A DNA stretch of 62,499 nucleotides from an uncultured Candidatus Poseidoniales archaeon (lineage in GTDB: Archaea; Thermoplasmatota; Poseidoniia; Poseidoniales; Poseidoniaceae): positions 1-62,499 of the forward strand of contig CAZWXR010000001.1 in assembly GCA_964637985.1 (NCBI GenBank), written 5' to 3'. The notes beneath the pieces were generated by a model. The model saw only the letters and a program-made list of their open reading frames with translations, searched no databases and was not told the origin of the DNA. Each line of letters opens with the position of its first letter. Within the stretch, counting starts at the first letter, position 1. Below are positions 44,152 through 53,700 of this stretch, piece by piece. A program made the translations under genes and the position numbers.

Positions 44152-45213
44152 ATGGAAGCCAAGAGAGGCAAAATATTCTCGGCTTCTTCATCCAGAGATG
44201 AGCATGGTGTAAGTGAAGTTCTCGGTGTTGTGATGCTTCTGGCGATGGTCATCACCATTATGGGAGGCGTCTGGGTTTTTCTCAACCCGTACATGAGTGA
44301 CTTTGAAGACAACACAAACTGGAAATCAGCCACTGGTATAACTGAACGAATCGACGATCGCATCAGTGTGGCAGGCAATTCGCCAAATGGAACCGGTTTC
44401 AAAAATTCAATGTCGCTGATTTCAACCTCCATACAAACCATGAAGGGCATAGAATATTGGACTTTGGCTGCTGATTTAACCACTCGAGATGTCGTCAAGG
44501 TCAAACACATGAATGATTCAGCAATTGAAGTGACATCAATCAATGAGCGAATTGTATCCATCGATATTCAAAACCACATCGAAACGTTATCGCTCGATGT
44601 CAATGACGGCGAAAACCGATATGTCATCAGCCACAATCTTTCTCGTCAAAAATGGTTCATGGTCACTGCTTATGATGCACAGGGACAGACACTCCACAGA
44701 CATGTCGATGTCATTCTTTCAGGATTAAAAGTCACCACGAGCCTCGGGATGGGTGACCATCAAATCGCCCTCATCAACAACGCTGTTATCGAGAAATTTC
44801 CAAATGACCCTTGGACCATTGCCTCAATGCCCACCTTGTCGTTCACGCACCTCGCAAATGGCGATGTGAGACTAGCCATCCTCCTTACAGATGCCCATTC
44901 AATTCGTTCATTTGGTGGTGCAGGGAAAACAAGCGTCGAATTTTTGTCTCTTGGCCCAATGAATTTATTTTCTGGACCGGCTTACAACATTCACTTCTCT
45001 GCTCACAGTGAACTCCACCCAGTCGTTAGTCCACAGTACCACGATAATTGGTTGCAGGACTATTATCTCCATCGCTCATCTGCCACATTGACAACATATG
45101 ACGGCTTAGCACCATTTGAGCGAGCGAGTGGTGCCGATGGTTTTACTGTGATGACGACGAGTCCAGTTGTACATTTTGAAGTTGACCTTCAACGAGTTGA
45201 GGTGAACACATGA
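44152..45213 (+). CDS. archaeal type IV pilin-like protein (class III signal peptide, DUF1628-like N-terminus), 353 aa
   Basis: N-terminus MEAKRGKIFSASSSRDEHG-VSEVLGVVMLLAMVITIMGGVWVFL: a short charged leader followed by the typical VSxVxGvvLlla hydrophobic helix. Confidence 0.75.
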   Translation: MEAKRGKIFSASSSRDEHGVSEVLGVVMLLAMVITIMGGVWVFLNPYMSDFEDNTNWKSATGITERIDDRISVAGNSPNGTGFKNSMSLISTSIQTMKGIEYWTLAADLTTRDVVKVKHMNDSAIEVTSINERIVSIDIQNHIETLSLDVNDGENRYVISHNLSRQKWFMVTAYDAQGQTLHRHVDVILSGLKVTTSLGMGDHQIALINNAVIEKFPNDPWTIASMPTLSFTHLANGDVRLAILLTDAHSIRSFGGAGKTSVEFLSLGPMNLFSGPAYNIHFSAHSELHPVVSPQYHDNWLQDYYLHRSSATLTTYDGLAPFERASGADGFTVMTTSPVVHFEVDLQRVEVNT

Positions 45214-47459
45214 AGACAACCAGCAGACTTTGCAGAGACGAGGATTCAGTTTCAGCTGCTGTTGCAACCGTCCTTCTCTTTGGTGGTGTTCTCTCAATTA
45301 TCGGCATGATGATGGTGTCCATGGTCCCTGTCATCGAGGAACTTGAAGGGGCAGTTGAACGACATGATATGTCAGCACAAATGGCACTTCTCGCACACAA
45401 AACATCACAACTCAGCGAGACTGGAATGCCAGGAGATTCCACATCAGCAGAATTGATTCCAGTCGATGGGAATCTCGTTTGGGATCGGCTTCGCGGTGGC
45501 ATGTGGTACTCTGCTACTTGGGGAGAAGACATGAGTTTGCGTGCAAAAAACGTTGTAGACTTTGATGACGAGTTCGAAATTCGCCACCCAGAAACCGAAA
45601 CTGCAGTGGTATGCACGACCGATTTACGGCTTGGCATCAACCGACCATATTATTACGATATACCAGAGCATACTGAAACACTTCTCATCACAGCAAAGCC
45701 AGGCATTGCATTACCCCTAGGTCCCATTGGAATCACAATGTTGGGCGATAACGGTTACGAATTTTCTAGTGAACTCCTCGTGGATGATGTTTTCTCAACC
45801 AATTTCATTGTTCCAGTTGAACATCTCACAATAAAATCAACGCATGAACTCAACATATTAGCCCTCGCTGGTGAAGAGGGTGCCACCTATATTCCTCCAA
45901 ATCAACCCGACGCCGCAAATAAACTGGGGCGTTCTTGGTCAATCCCATTACCAACTGGGCTTTCGAAAGTGTATGTAACAAGCAAAGATGCAAATGAAGT
46001 GTCGGTGATTTTGGGTGAACAATCCTCAACGTACTTTGGAATTCCTGATGAGATTGCACGAACGGGAACAAGTGTCGAAGTGAGTTTCAATCAATCGACT
46101 GAATCGGTTGCACATATCTTTACCAGTTCTCTTTCTCAGGTTGTTTTCCGATATGGAGAGACATCTGGTGAAGGACTTACATACATCCCCTCAACAACCG
46201 GTTCATACCATGGACAAGAGTTCATCCCTCCCAAAACAAATAGCACACTTCGATTATCGAATCCGGGAGACGCCGCATTGACTGTGACATGGCGAGGTGG
46301 GGGAATTACCGTTGCTGCGAATGACGTTGAAGATATTTCATGGCCCCCATCCACAACATACACTGCTCCTCTTATCCTAGAATCGGACGCACCATTCTCC
46401 GTCCTTTGGTCCTCATTCGATCAAAATCAACCCGTCGACCTTCGAAATGGATTAGTTCACCTCATTGCAAAGGACACTGGATTTTGGACCGGACATCACT
46501 TCAATTATACCTCAAGCCAGGATATTGGGCAAGAAATCGAAGCATCACTTCGTGGCTATAGAACTGAAATTTATTGGGAACAAGGTGGAGTGAATGGAAC
46601 GAGTATACTGATTCAAGATGGTACAACATCTAAACTATTTTCTCTGGCTTCAGAGTCATTGAATATTGAAGTCAACAATACACATCCTATCTCACTCCTA
46701 AGAGCAGCAGGCGATAGCGGTGCACTTCACATACCTCATTCTGGCACCGAGCGATGTGAATCCGTGGGAACGTTAGCGAGTGGATGGATTCCATTACAAC
46801 TTGCTTGGCAATCCATGGGTGGACGTAGTGATACAGATGTGGAAAATGCATGGATTGATGGTCGACACCCTTCAAGCGTTCAAATCGATGTTTTTGGAAC
46901 AATTGACAGAGATTTCAATGCAAACATCGGGACCATCTGGGCTTTCCACCTCTCACGCTTGTCGTACCAATTCAAAACCTCAGTTGAAGGTATGGAAGTA
47001 GCATACTCAGGAGGGGCTGTGATGACCAACCATCCTGAATTCAATCCGTACATTGTAGTCCCGCCATCCGACAGGGGTGGGCCAGGGCCACGATTTGCTG
47101 CAACTATTCCCGCCTTACATCCATCGTCGAACAGCGTCATTGGCGGAGGTAAACTCTCAATTGACATTGAGTTAAATTTGCGAACATCTCTCGCATCTAC
47201 AGATGCATATGAAATTCGAAGAGGTTGGAACGAGCCATATGGGGCTGCCATCGCAGAAAATGCTGGTGAGGGGCTTGGGGGAAGTGAAGACTGGACTGTA
47301 TATCCTGGAAGGCTAGACCTCCTCACAGACTATGTCGGTTGGGTTCCCGACCCGAGTTTCGGGACGAGTGAAACCGTATGGCATACAAATGGAGAAGTCA
47401 TCAAATTTAGCCTGCAACTGAGTGCTTTAGAAGTCACACTAAGGGAGGCAAACCGATGA
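45210..47459 (+). CDS. large type IV pilin-like protein, 749 aa
   Basis: ATGA start/stop overlap with the upstream gene, with GGTG 6 nt upstream. N-terminus MKTTSRLCRDEDS-VSAAVATVLLFGGVLSIIGMMMVSMV. Confidence 0.65.
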   Translation: MKTTSRLCRDEDSVSAAVATVLLFGGVLSIIGMMMVSMVPVIEELEGAVERHDMSAQMALLAHKTSQLSETGMPGDSTSAELIPVDGNLVWDRLRGGMWYSATWGEDMSLRAKNVVDFDDEFEIRHPETETAVVCTTDLRLGINRPYYYDIPEHTETLLITAKPGIALPLGPIGITMLGDNGYEFSSELLVDDVFSTNFIVPVEHLTIKSTHELNILALAGEEGATYIPPNQPDAANKLGRSWSIPLPTGLSKVYVTSKDANEVSVILGEQSSTYFGIPDEIARTGTSVEVSFNQSTESVAHIFTSSLSQVVFRYGETSGEGLTYIPSTTGSYHGQEFIPPKTNSTLRLSNPGDAALTVTWRGGGITVAANDVEDISWPPSTTYTAPLILESDAPFSVLWSSFDQNQPVDLRNGLVHLIAKDTGFWTGHHFNYTSSQDIGQEIEASLRGYRTEIYWEQGGVNGTSILIQDGTTSKLFSLASESLNIEVNNTHPISLLRAAGDSGALHIPHSGTERCESVGTLASGWIPLQLAWQSMGGRSDTDVENAWIDGRHPSSVQIDVFGTIDRDFNANIGTIWAFHLSRLSYQFKTSVEGMEVAYSGGAVMTNHPEFNPYIVVPPSDRGGPGPRFAATIPALHPSSNSVIGGGKLSIDIELNLRTSLASTDAYEIRRGWNEPYGAAIAENAGEGLGGSEDWTVYPGRLDLLTDYVGWVPDPSFGTSETVWHTNGEVIKFSLQLSALEVTLREANR

Positions 47460-47932
47460 ACGCACATTCAAATTTTACTCAAGATGAGTCAGGTGCAGCA
47501 ACAGAACTCGGCTATATCTTCACCTTTCTTCTCGGTGTACTCCTCATGACAATGTTCAGCATTTGGGCATGGGGCATCGAAACATCTACTCGAGAGCGTT
47601 GGAACGATGAAGCGATTATAGCCAATATGGACGATATCGTTGAAGCAGTTGAGCGTGCGAATGAAGCTAGCCGAATTGATAATTCAACATATGCCGAATG
47701 GGTTTCGTGGAGACCAACGGAAGCAGATGAATCATTGATGACACTTATTTTGGAAACAGATACAATTGAATTGGTCGATGAATCTGAAAGAGAAGGTTAC
47801 ACTGTGCATCACTCTGGAACAGGGAATGCAGAAAATAATGGCACGCTTGCGTTAGCAGGAATCACTACAATTTGGATTGTCCTCGAAGATGGCCAAATCT
47901 ATCTATCAGCAGATAGACCATACTTTTCCTAG
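47456..47932 (+). CDS. small type IV pilin-like protein, 158 aa
   Basis: ATGA overlap with the upstream gene, with GGGAGG about 8 nt upstream. N-terminus MNAHSNFTQDESG-AATELGYIFTFLLGVLLMTMFSIWAW. Confidence 0.65.
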   Translation: MNAHSNFTQDESGAATELGYIFTFLLGVLLMTMFSIWAWGIETSTRERWNDEAIIANMDDIVEAVERANEASRIDNSTYAEWVSWRPTEADESLMTLILETDTIELVDESEREGYTVHHSGTGNAENNGTLALAGITTIWIVLEDGQIYLSADRPYFS

Positions 47933-50448
47933 CGGCCCATGACCGCTCTGTGAACAAGGGCTTGAACCTCTTTCATCTTGTTGCTCGCACCGAGTTCACG
48001 GTACACTGCCAATGCCCGTTGTAAATACTCCATCCTACGTTGGCGGTCAGGTGTAACGCCCCCCAAGCGAGTCAATAATTCTCCAATTTGCATTCGAAGA
48101 TCGTTGGCTTCTGCCACAACGAGTGCTTCACGATACTGTTCCATTGCTTCTTCTTTTCGACCAGCATCCTGCAACACTTCGCCAAGAAGGATGGTAATAT
48201 CAACCAATGTAACAACATCCCCAGTTGTGTGCATTGTTTCAAGTGAGGAGGTATAATGGTGCAGTGCCAATTTGGAATCACCAATCTTTGCATAATATCG
48301 ACCAAGAACTGATTGAGCCCGTGCGTGTAACTTTTCATCCTCAATCTCTTGTGTACGTTCATAACAATTCAGTGCATGGTCTCTTGCTCGTTCAATCTCA
48401 TCGAGGTCAATCAAAGCCCGAGTCAACGTAAGGCGGTGTGATAGAAGGGATTCATCATCTGAGTCAGAGACAATCTTTTCGACTTCAGCATATGCTTCGA
48501 GTGCTGTGCTTCTGTCATTTTTTCTTCGATACAAATATCCAAGATTGTTGTACGTCCTCGCTGCTAATTTATCGTTTTTTAACTTGATATAATGTTCTAA
48601 TGCTTCAGTGTGACGTTCCATTGCAAGGTCCAAATCACCTTGTTTTCTGGCCACATCTGCTAGTGAAGACAAGATATTTGCTTGTGACTCAATACTCTTT
48701 GAATCACACAACGAGATGGCATAATCGAATGCAGCTTCCGCTTCATCAAGACGCCCAAGGAGGGAAAATAAGTCTCCCTGAAGTTGGAGAATTTGTACCC
48801 TTGATGCGACATCAATGCTGTCAAAATCAATTTTGTTGATATGGGCATGGAGTTCCATATAGCCTTGAGAAATAAGCTCCTTTCCATGGTCGATGATATA
48901 TTGAGATGCATCTTCGTACTGGTCTGAATTAATGGCGTGATAAATCGTTTCAATGACATTATGTAATTCATCGGATTGTGTCCTGTACCATTCAAGGCAC
49001 TTTAGATGATATTCCGTTTTGAGTGTTGTAGGCATGCTTTGGAGCAAAAATTCACGGATGAGGTCGTGAACATCGTACAATTCTTTGTCGACTCGGCGTG
49101 CTAACCCAGAATCAACCAAAGCATCGAGTTCATCCGTATCCAGTCCTTGTTGGGCAAGTTGACCTAACGTTGCAGGATTTCGATAAATTGCAATCGCAGA
49201 AAGAACTCGTTTTTGTTCTGCACTAAGTTTGGAAAAAATTTCAACTGTGACATAATTTTCCAACGTTTCGTGGAAGGTACCTGCTGATGCACCACGATTG
49301 ATCAGTTCGAGAACCAGTGGATGGCCTCTCGATAGACCGTGAATATACAACCATTGTTCATCCTCCATACTGTCATAACTGCTCAACAATTTACGGCCTG
49401 AATCAGAATCTAGACCTTCAAGAGGTAAAAACAAACTCGCAATACGCCCTTCAGCATCCTTTGCAGGTACAACTGGTTTAAACGAGCGTGAGAACAATAC
49501 AAGTCCTATTTTTTCTTCTGATTCGAGGAGGGCAAGTGTGATTGCTTGCAATGTTTGATGAAGCAACATATCGGAAACCTTGTGCAAATCGTCGATGACG
49601 ATAAGCGATTGTACACCTTCAATGCCATCAATAATCATCCTTGCAGCATCTGCAGGGGATGGATGCGGATTTGCCATGAGGAAATCTGCAAAGGACGAAT
49701 CGCCTATTGACGAAAGCCAATCAGCAACTGATTCAAAAAATGGTCTTGACCCCTCCCATTCTTGGCATCGGTGATACAACAAATTTCGTCGATGCATGAA
49801 ACGCTCAATCAATTTAGCAGCAACTGAGGTTTTTCCAATACCTGCGATGCCAGGCACAAGCAAGGTCGTTGCACGTGCATCGAGTAAACTTTCCATGTTG
49901 TCCAATTCTCGATTTCGACCAAAGAAATGCCTCACACGTGGCAAATCTGTTAAGGAAGTAACAAGCTGCTTTTCAACATGTTTTGAAAGGTCACGTTCAA
50001 CCAAATCTGCTGAAAGTGTACGTGTGTCCAGTATCCCGTTGTCATCCAAATAACGTATCACATCGACTGGCCGCATTTCAAACGGAAGGGAGGATTTTAT
50101 TGTTCCTAATGTTGTCGACACTGAACCTCCGTCGTTTAGGATACAGCGAAGAGGGTACACTTGCAATCTCGTCCAGGTTTCCCCTGCTAATTTAATTCCT
50201 ATATCGGTCAGAAAATATGCTTTACGTTTTCTTGATACGCCCTTGACATGTGCTTGCCGTTCAATGAGAAGGCCGTCGTCCTTCAAACCTGCAATTGCTC
50301 TGGGGACATTCGACCTAGCGATAGCAACTGCGTTTGCAATGCCCATTTGTGACAGTGCAAATGGTACTTCGATACTCGATTTGAAATCTGCGTAATCAAA
50401 CAGATGTAGCAAAATCCTCTCTTGCACGCTAGGCTTTGCAATGCTCAT
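47929..50448 (-). CDS. STAND NTPase: N-terminal winged-helix DNA-binding domain + NB-ARC-like ATPase + C-terminal TPR array (839 aa)
   Basis: wHTH-like N-terminus (ALSQMGIANAVAIARSNVPRAIAGLKDDGLLIERQ). Walker A LLVPGIAGIGKTSVA and Walker B SLIVIDDLH. The C-terminal half has repeated TPR-like A/Y/L patterns (AARTYNNLGYLYRRKND, ALEAY... and others). GGTGA lies 5 nt upstream of the ATG at 50448. Confidence 0.85.
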   Translation of the reverse strand: MSIAKPSVQERILLHLFDYADFKSSIEVPFALSQMGIANAVAIARSNVPRAIAGLKDDGLLIERQAHVKGVSRKRKAYFLTDIGIKLAGETWTRLQVYPLRCILNDGGSVSTTLGTIKSSLPFEMRPVDVIRYLDDNGILDTRTLSADLVERDLSKHVEKQLVTSLTDLPRVRHFFGRNRELDNMESLLDARATTLLVPGIAGIGKTSVAAKLIERFMHRRNLLYHRCQEWEGSRPFFESVADWLSSIGDSSFADFLMANPHPSPADAARMIIDGIEGVQSLIVIDDLHKVSDMLLHQTLQAITLALLESEEKIGLVLFSRSFKPVVPAKDAEGRIASLFLPLEGLDSDSGRKLLSSYDSMEDEQWLYIHGLSRGHPLVLELINRGASAGTFHETLENYVTVEIFSKLSAEQKRVLSAIAIYRNPATLGQLAQQGLDTDELDALVDSGLARRVDKELYDVHDLIREFLLQSMPTTLKTEYHLKCLEWYRTQSDELHNVIETIYHAINSDQYEDASQYIIDHGKELISQGYMELHAHINKIDFDSIDVASRVQILQLQGDLFSLLGRLDEAEAAFDYAISLCDSKSIESQANILSSLADVARKQGDLDLAMERHTEALEHYIKLKNDKLAARTYNNLGYLYRRKNDRSTALEAYAEVEKIVSDSDDESLLSHRLTLTRALIDLDEIERARDHALNCYERTQEIEDEKLHARAQSVLGRYYAKIGDSKLALHHYTSSLETMHTTGDVVTLVDITILLGEVLQDAGRKEEAMEQYREALVVAEANDLRMQIGELLTRLGGVTPDRQRRMEYLQRALAVYRELGASNKMKEVQALVHRAVMGR

Positions 50449-50469
50449 TCAGGTCACCGTGGTTGAGAA

Positions 50470-50718
50470 TTACTGCTGTGGTTGTTGATAGTTGGGGTCA
50501 GGAACCCATTGATTGTTAGCAGCATCCCAAAGCCATCCGGGATGTTGAGAGACTTGTTGAGGCTGTTGTTCTTGCTGAACCTGTGGTTCTTGTGCAGTCC
50601 CTGCGGGAGGAATTTCTACAGCATCGTATTGTTTCTTCTTTGCCCAAGCATACGGATCTTCTTCGACTTCTTGCCCACCATTCTGTAAGACCTCCTCGTC
50701 AAATTCTTCTTCAAATTC
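50470..50718 (-). other. predicted cytoplasmic tail: acidic linker + P/Q-rich region + terminal Trp-rich motif HPGWLWDAANNQWVPDPNY
   Basis: The layout after the TM helix matches the tails at 1320-1814 and 31917-32180 (EFEEEFDEEV..., then PPAGTAQEPQVQQEQQPQQ, then GWLWDAANNQWVPDPNYQQPQQ and the stop). The terminal motif differs. Confidence 0.6.
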
Positions 50719-53700
50719 GATAAAGAAATATGCACCAATGCCAAGAAGCACGATGACACCAAGGATAATCAAGATAATCATCATCACAGAAGAACCTGCC
50801 TCAGCCCCCGTCGATACGCTTAGGCCGAAATCAGCAACCTGAGATTCACCTTCAAATTTGAATTCTTGGTCATCCATCTCAAAGTAAATTTCTTTCTTCC
50901 CGTCGACACCAAGTTGTTGACTTGAAACTTCCATTCGCCATGTGCCATCAGGCCCAACAACAGTTGCATTTACTCGAAGATCACCATTGGTGAATCGTGC
51001 TACAACCGTACTTCCCGGGAGACCTTCACCGATAAATACTGCGTTATCATCTTCAGTCACTAATCCAGAATCTTCACGTTCAACTTTGAATGAGATTGCA
51101 CGTACGAGGAAATCGACTCTGTTGGAATAGACTTTCGCCTCATGCTTATCCTCAGCAACAAAGATGACAGAATCAAGAGACCAATCTGCAATGACCGAAG
51201 TTGTTGACGCGATAGAAGATGCAGGGTTGTATGTTGCGTACCCATTGGCATCGATGATAACATATGCATAGTACAAGTCATCCTCCGATGTAGATGCATC
51301 GTCGTAAACATCGAATTCTAGGGCTTCAACAGAGGTCCCTATACCATCTGGGTCACTAAAGAACTGAGCGAGATTAATTCTTGCTCCTCCACCACATCGA
51401 TCAAAGCTCTTTGATTTTTCATCACAGAAGATGGTAATCGTATTCTTCCAACCTGTTTCGTTAAACACTGGGTCAATGTTACTCGCATCTGCTGGATTAT
51501 TGATGATAATTCGCAATCGCTCTTCTTTGGAATATTTGTCGCTGTCGTATGCTTTCACTACAACTTCATACTGTTGGTCGTGAATCAAGCGGGAAGTGTC
51601 CCAAACTGCTGACCATGCTCCATTCGGTGCAAATGAGGTGACCGGCAATGGGCCGTTATTCATAGGGAAAGCACTTCCACTTGCGAGGTCATACACTTCG
51701 ATGTCTACTCGCGAGACTGCTCCATCATTGTCGACGGCAACCCCTTGAATGACTGTATCTTGACTTGCCCGAATGACACCCATATTGAGACCACCAGTTG
51801 ACATATCTTGTGCACCAATCCATGTCACTTGAACGAACGGTGCTTGGTTTTCGTTGATGATATTTAGCGTACGTGTTTCGGGCATACATGGACCGGGATC
51901 ATCTATACAGAAATCTGAATCAGCAGCCCATATTTTGAAGTCATATGAACCACTTGGTAACTCGTTGAAATCCCAATCATACTCCCAACTTGGTCCACCC
52001 TCTGAGAAGAAGTGACTTTGGTAATCGTTAGGTCCTGTGATGTCAAACCAAATCTGTTGAATATCGTTTCCTTGAACACCAGAATATGGATCGAAAGATG
52101 TACCGGTAAACGTCACAACACCGCTGTCATGGGTTGATCCATCGTTTGGTGTTTCAACAAGAATTGTTGGAGGTACGAGATTTAATTTGAAATCACGTAC
52201 TTGCACAGGTGAATATTCTAGGCCATCGAAAGAACGAATCCTAAATGTGACATCTTCTTCACCACCAGGATGAGCAGATAAGTCCCAATCAAATGACCAT
52301 GTTTTGAATGGATGGTTTTCTTGAGTGATTTCGGAAACACCTGAAGTATCGATTGCCGAGTACCAATCTTGCGAATCAGGTGGTTGGATTTCGATGTCAT
52401 GGATGAGTCCAAACTGCTTTTCATATGCTGTATTGTCATTAGCATATGGCCATTTTACTCCATCCCATGACTCTCCTGTAATTGTAGCAATTGTTGCAAA
52501 TGAAGTTCCATCGGCTTGGTCAACCGACACACCTGGGCGGAGATTATCGAGGTTGATGACATCATCAACGGGTCCCGAAAGAATGTAACTAAAGCTCTTG
52601 CGTCCTTTTTCAAATTTGAATGCCTCAACCGAGTAAAATGGTTTTTCTCTACCGTTGAGACAATCAGGGTCGGCTTCATCGATAACTGTATCACCATCAT
52701 TATCGATACCATCTGCACAAGAGTTCTCAGCGTCACCGGTTTGAGGGGGACTTGTCCCAGGAATGACGTAATTCACGTCACCGACGACGTGATTCCAATT
52801 TCTGTCAAGGAGGAAGTCCGAAGGAAGTGAGACTTGAGGTGTGAATCCGAACACGTCTGTTTGCATGTTAAAGATAGGAAGTCCAGTGGCGTCTTTAATG
52901 ACCACGGTTGCATCGTAAACATTGCTGTTTTTCGCCTTCACTTGATATCGAACCAATTCACCTTTCTGAATTTGTGTGCCCCATTCAGTATTTTGGTTTT
53001 GTACATGAATCATTGTTTCATCGAAATTTTGGACATCAGCGAATGCAAACACAGATGCATTGTTGAGAAGTTCAAGTGCGAGTGGCATATATTTCGGAGG
53101 CATATTAGCAGTCAGTGGTACATTCAAGCATTCATTCTGAACATAAGGACACTCAGCACCAAGCCATTGAACCATGACAGGATATTGTGCACCGAAGCCA
53201 GGTGATGGCATTTGTTCGGATTGAACAGTGACACGGGATTGTGTGACGTTGTAAACTTGAGATACATTGGACCATGAATTGCCAGAGAAGTATGCAATTG
53301 AACCGTACTTCATGCCGTTGTTGTCATCGTAATGGGATATGTTTCCAGCATATCCTCCGCTCGATACACCGGTGTTATCCTGTACATTGACAATACCGCC
53401 TCTTGAGCGAATAATATCACCATTGCTGTTCGAAATTGTGTTGCCCATTATGGTTGCGGATGACATGAATACGTGAACGGCAGGGCATGCGAAATCTCCG
53501 TCGTATTCGACTGAGTTACAAGTTCCGGTGTTGTTTGATATGACGTTATTTGCAAGGTACAACCGTGCTTCTGTAGGTCGTGGCACACTCCAACCTTGGT
53601 CGTTAAAGTGGTATTCCCCAATCAAAACTGGTTCTTTTGCAGTATCTTGAATGGTATTGTTCTCTGCTACAACATCAGATTCGCCGTAGACCCAAATACC

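Noticed and set aside
44070-45640. 163-aa (44070-44561) and 165-aa (45143-45640) minus-strand ORFs antisense to the pilin-like operon
   Set aside because: The plus-strand genes have class III signal peptides, ribosome-binding sites and ATGA coupling. The antisense ORFs have no features and would break that organisation.
47929-50448. STAND NTPase as an Avs-type antiviral sensor
   Set aside because: Not favoured. The N-terminal module looks like a winged-helix DNA-binding domain rather than a nuclease, protease or other effector, and no other defence genes are nearby. This cannot be fully excluded without profile searches.
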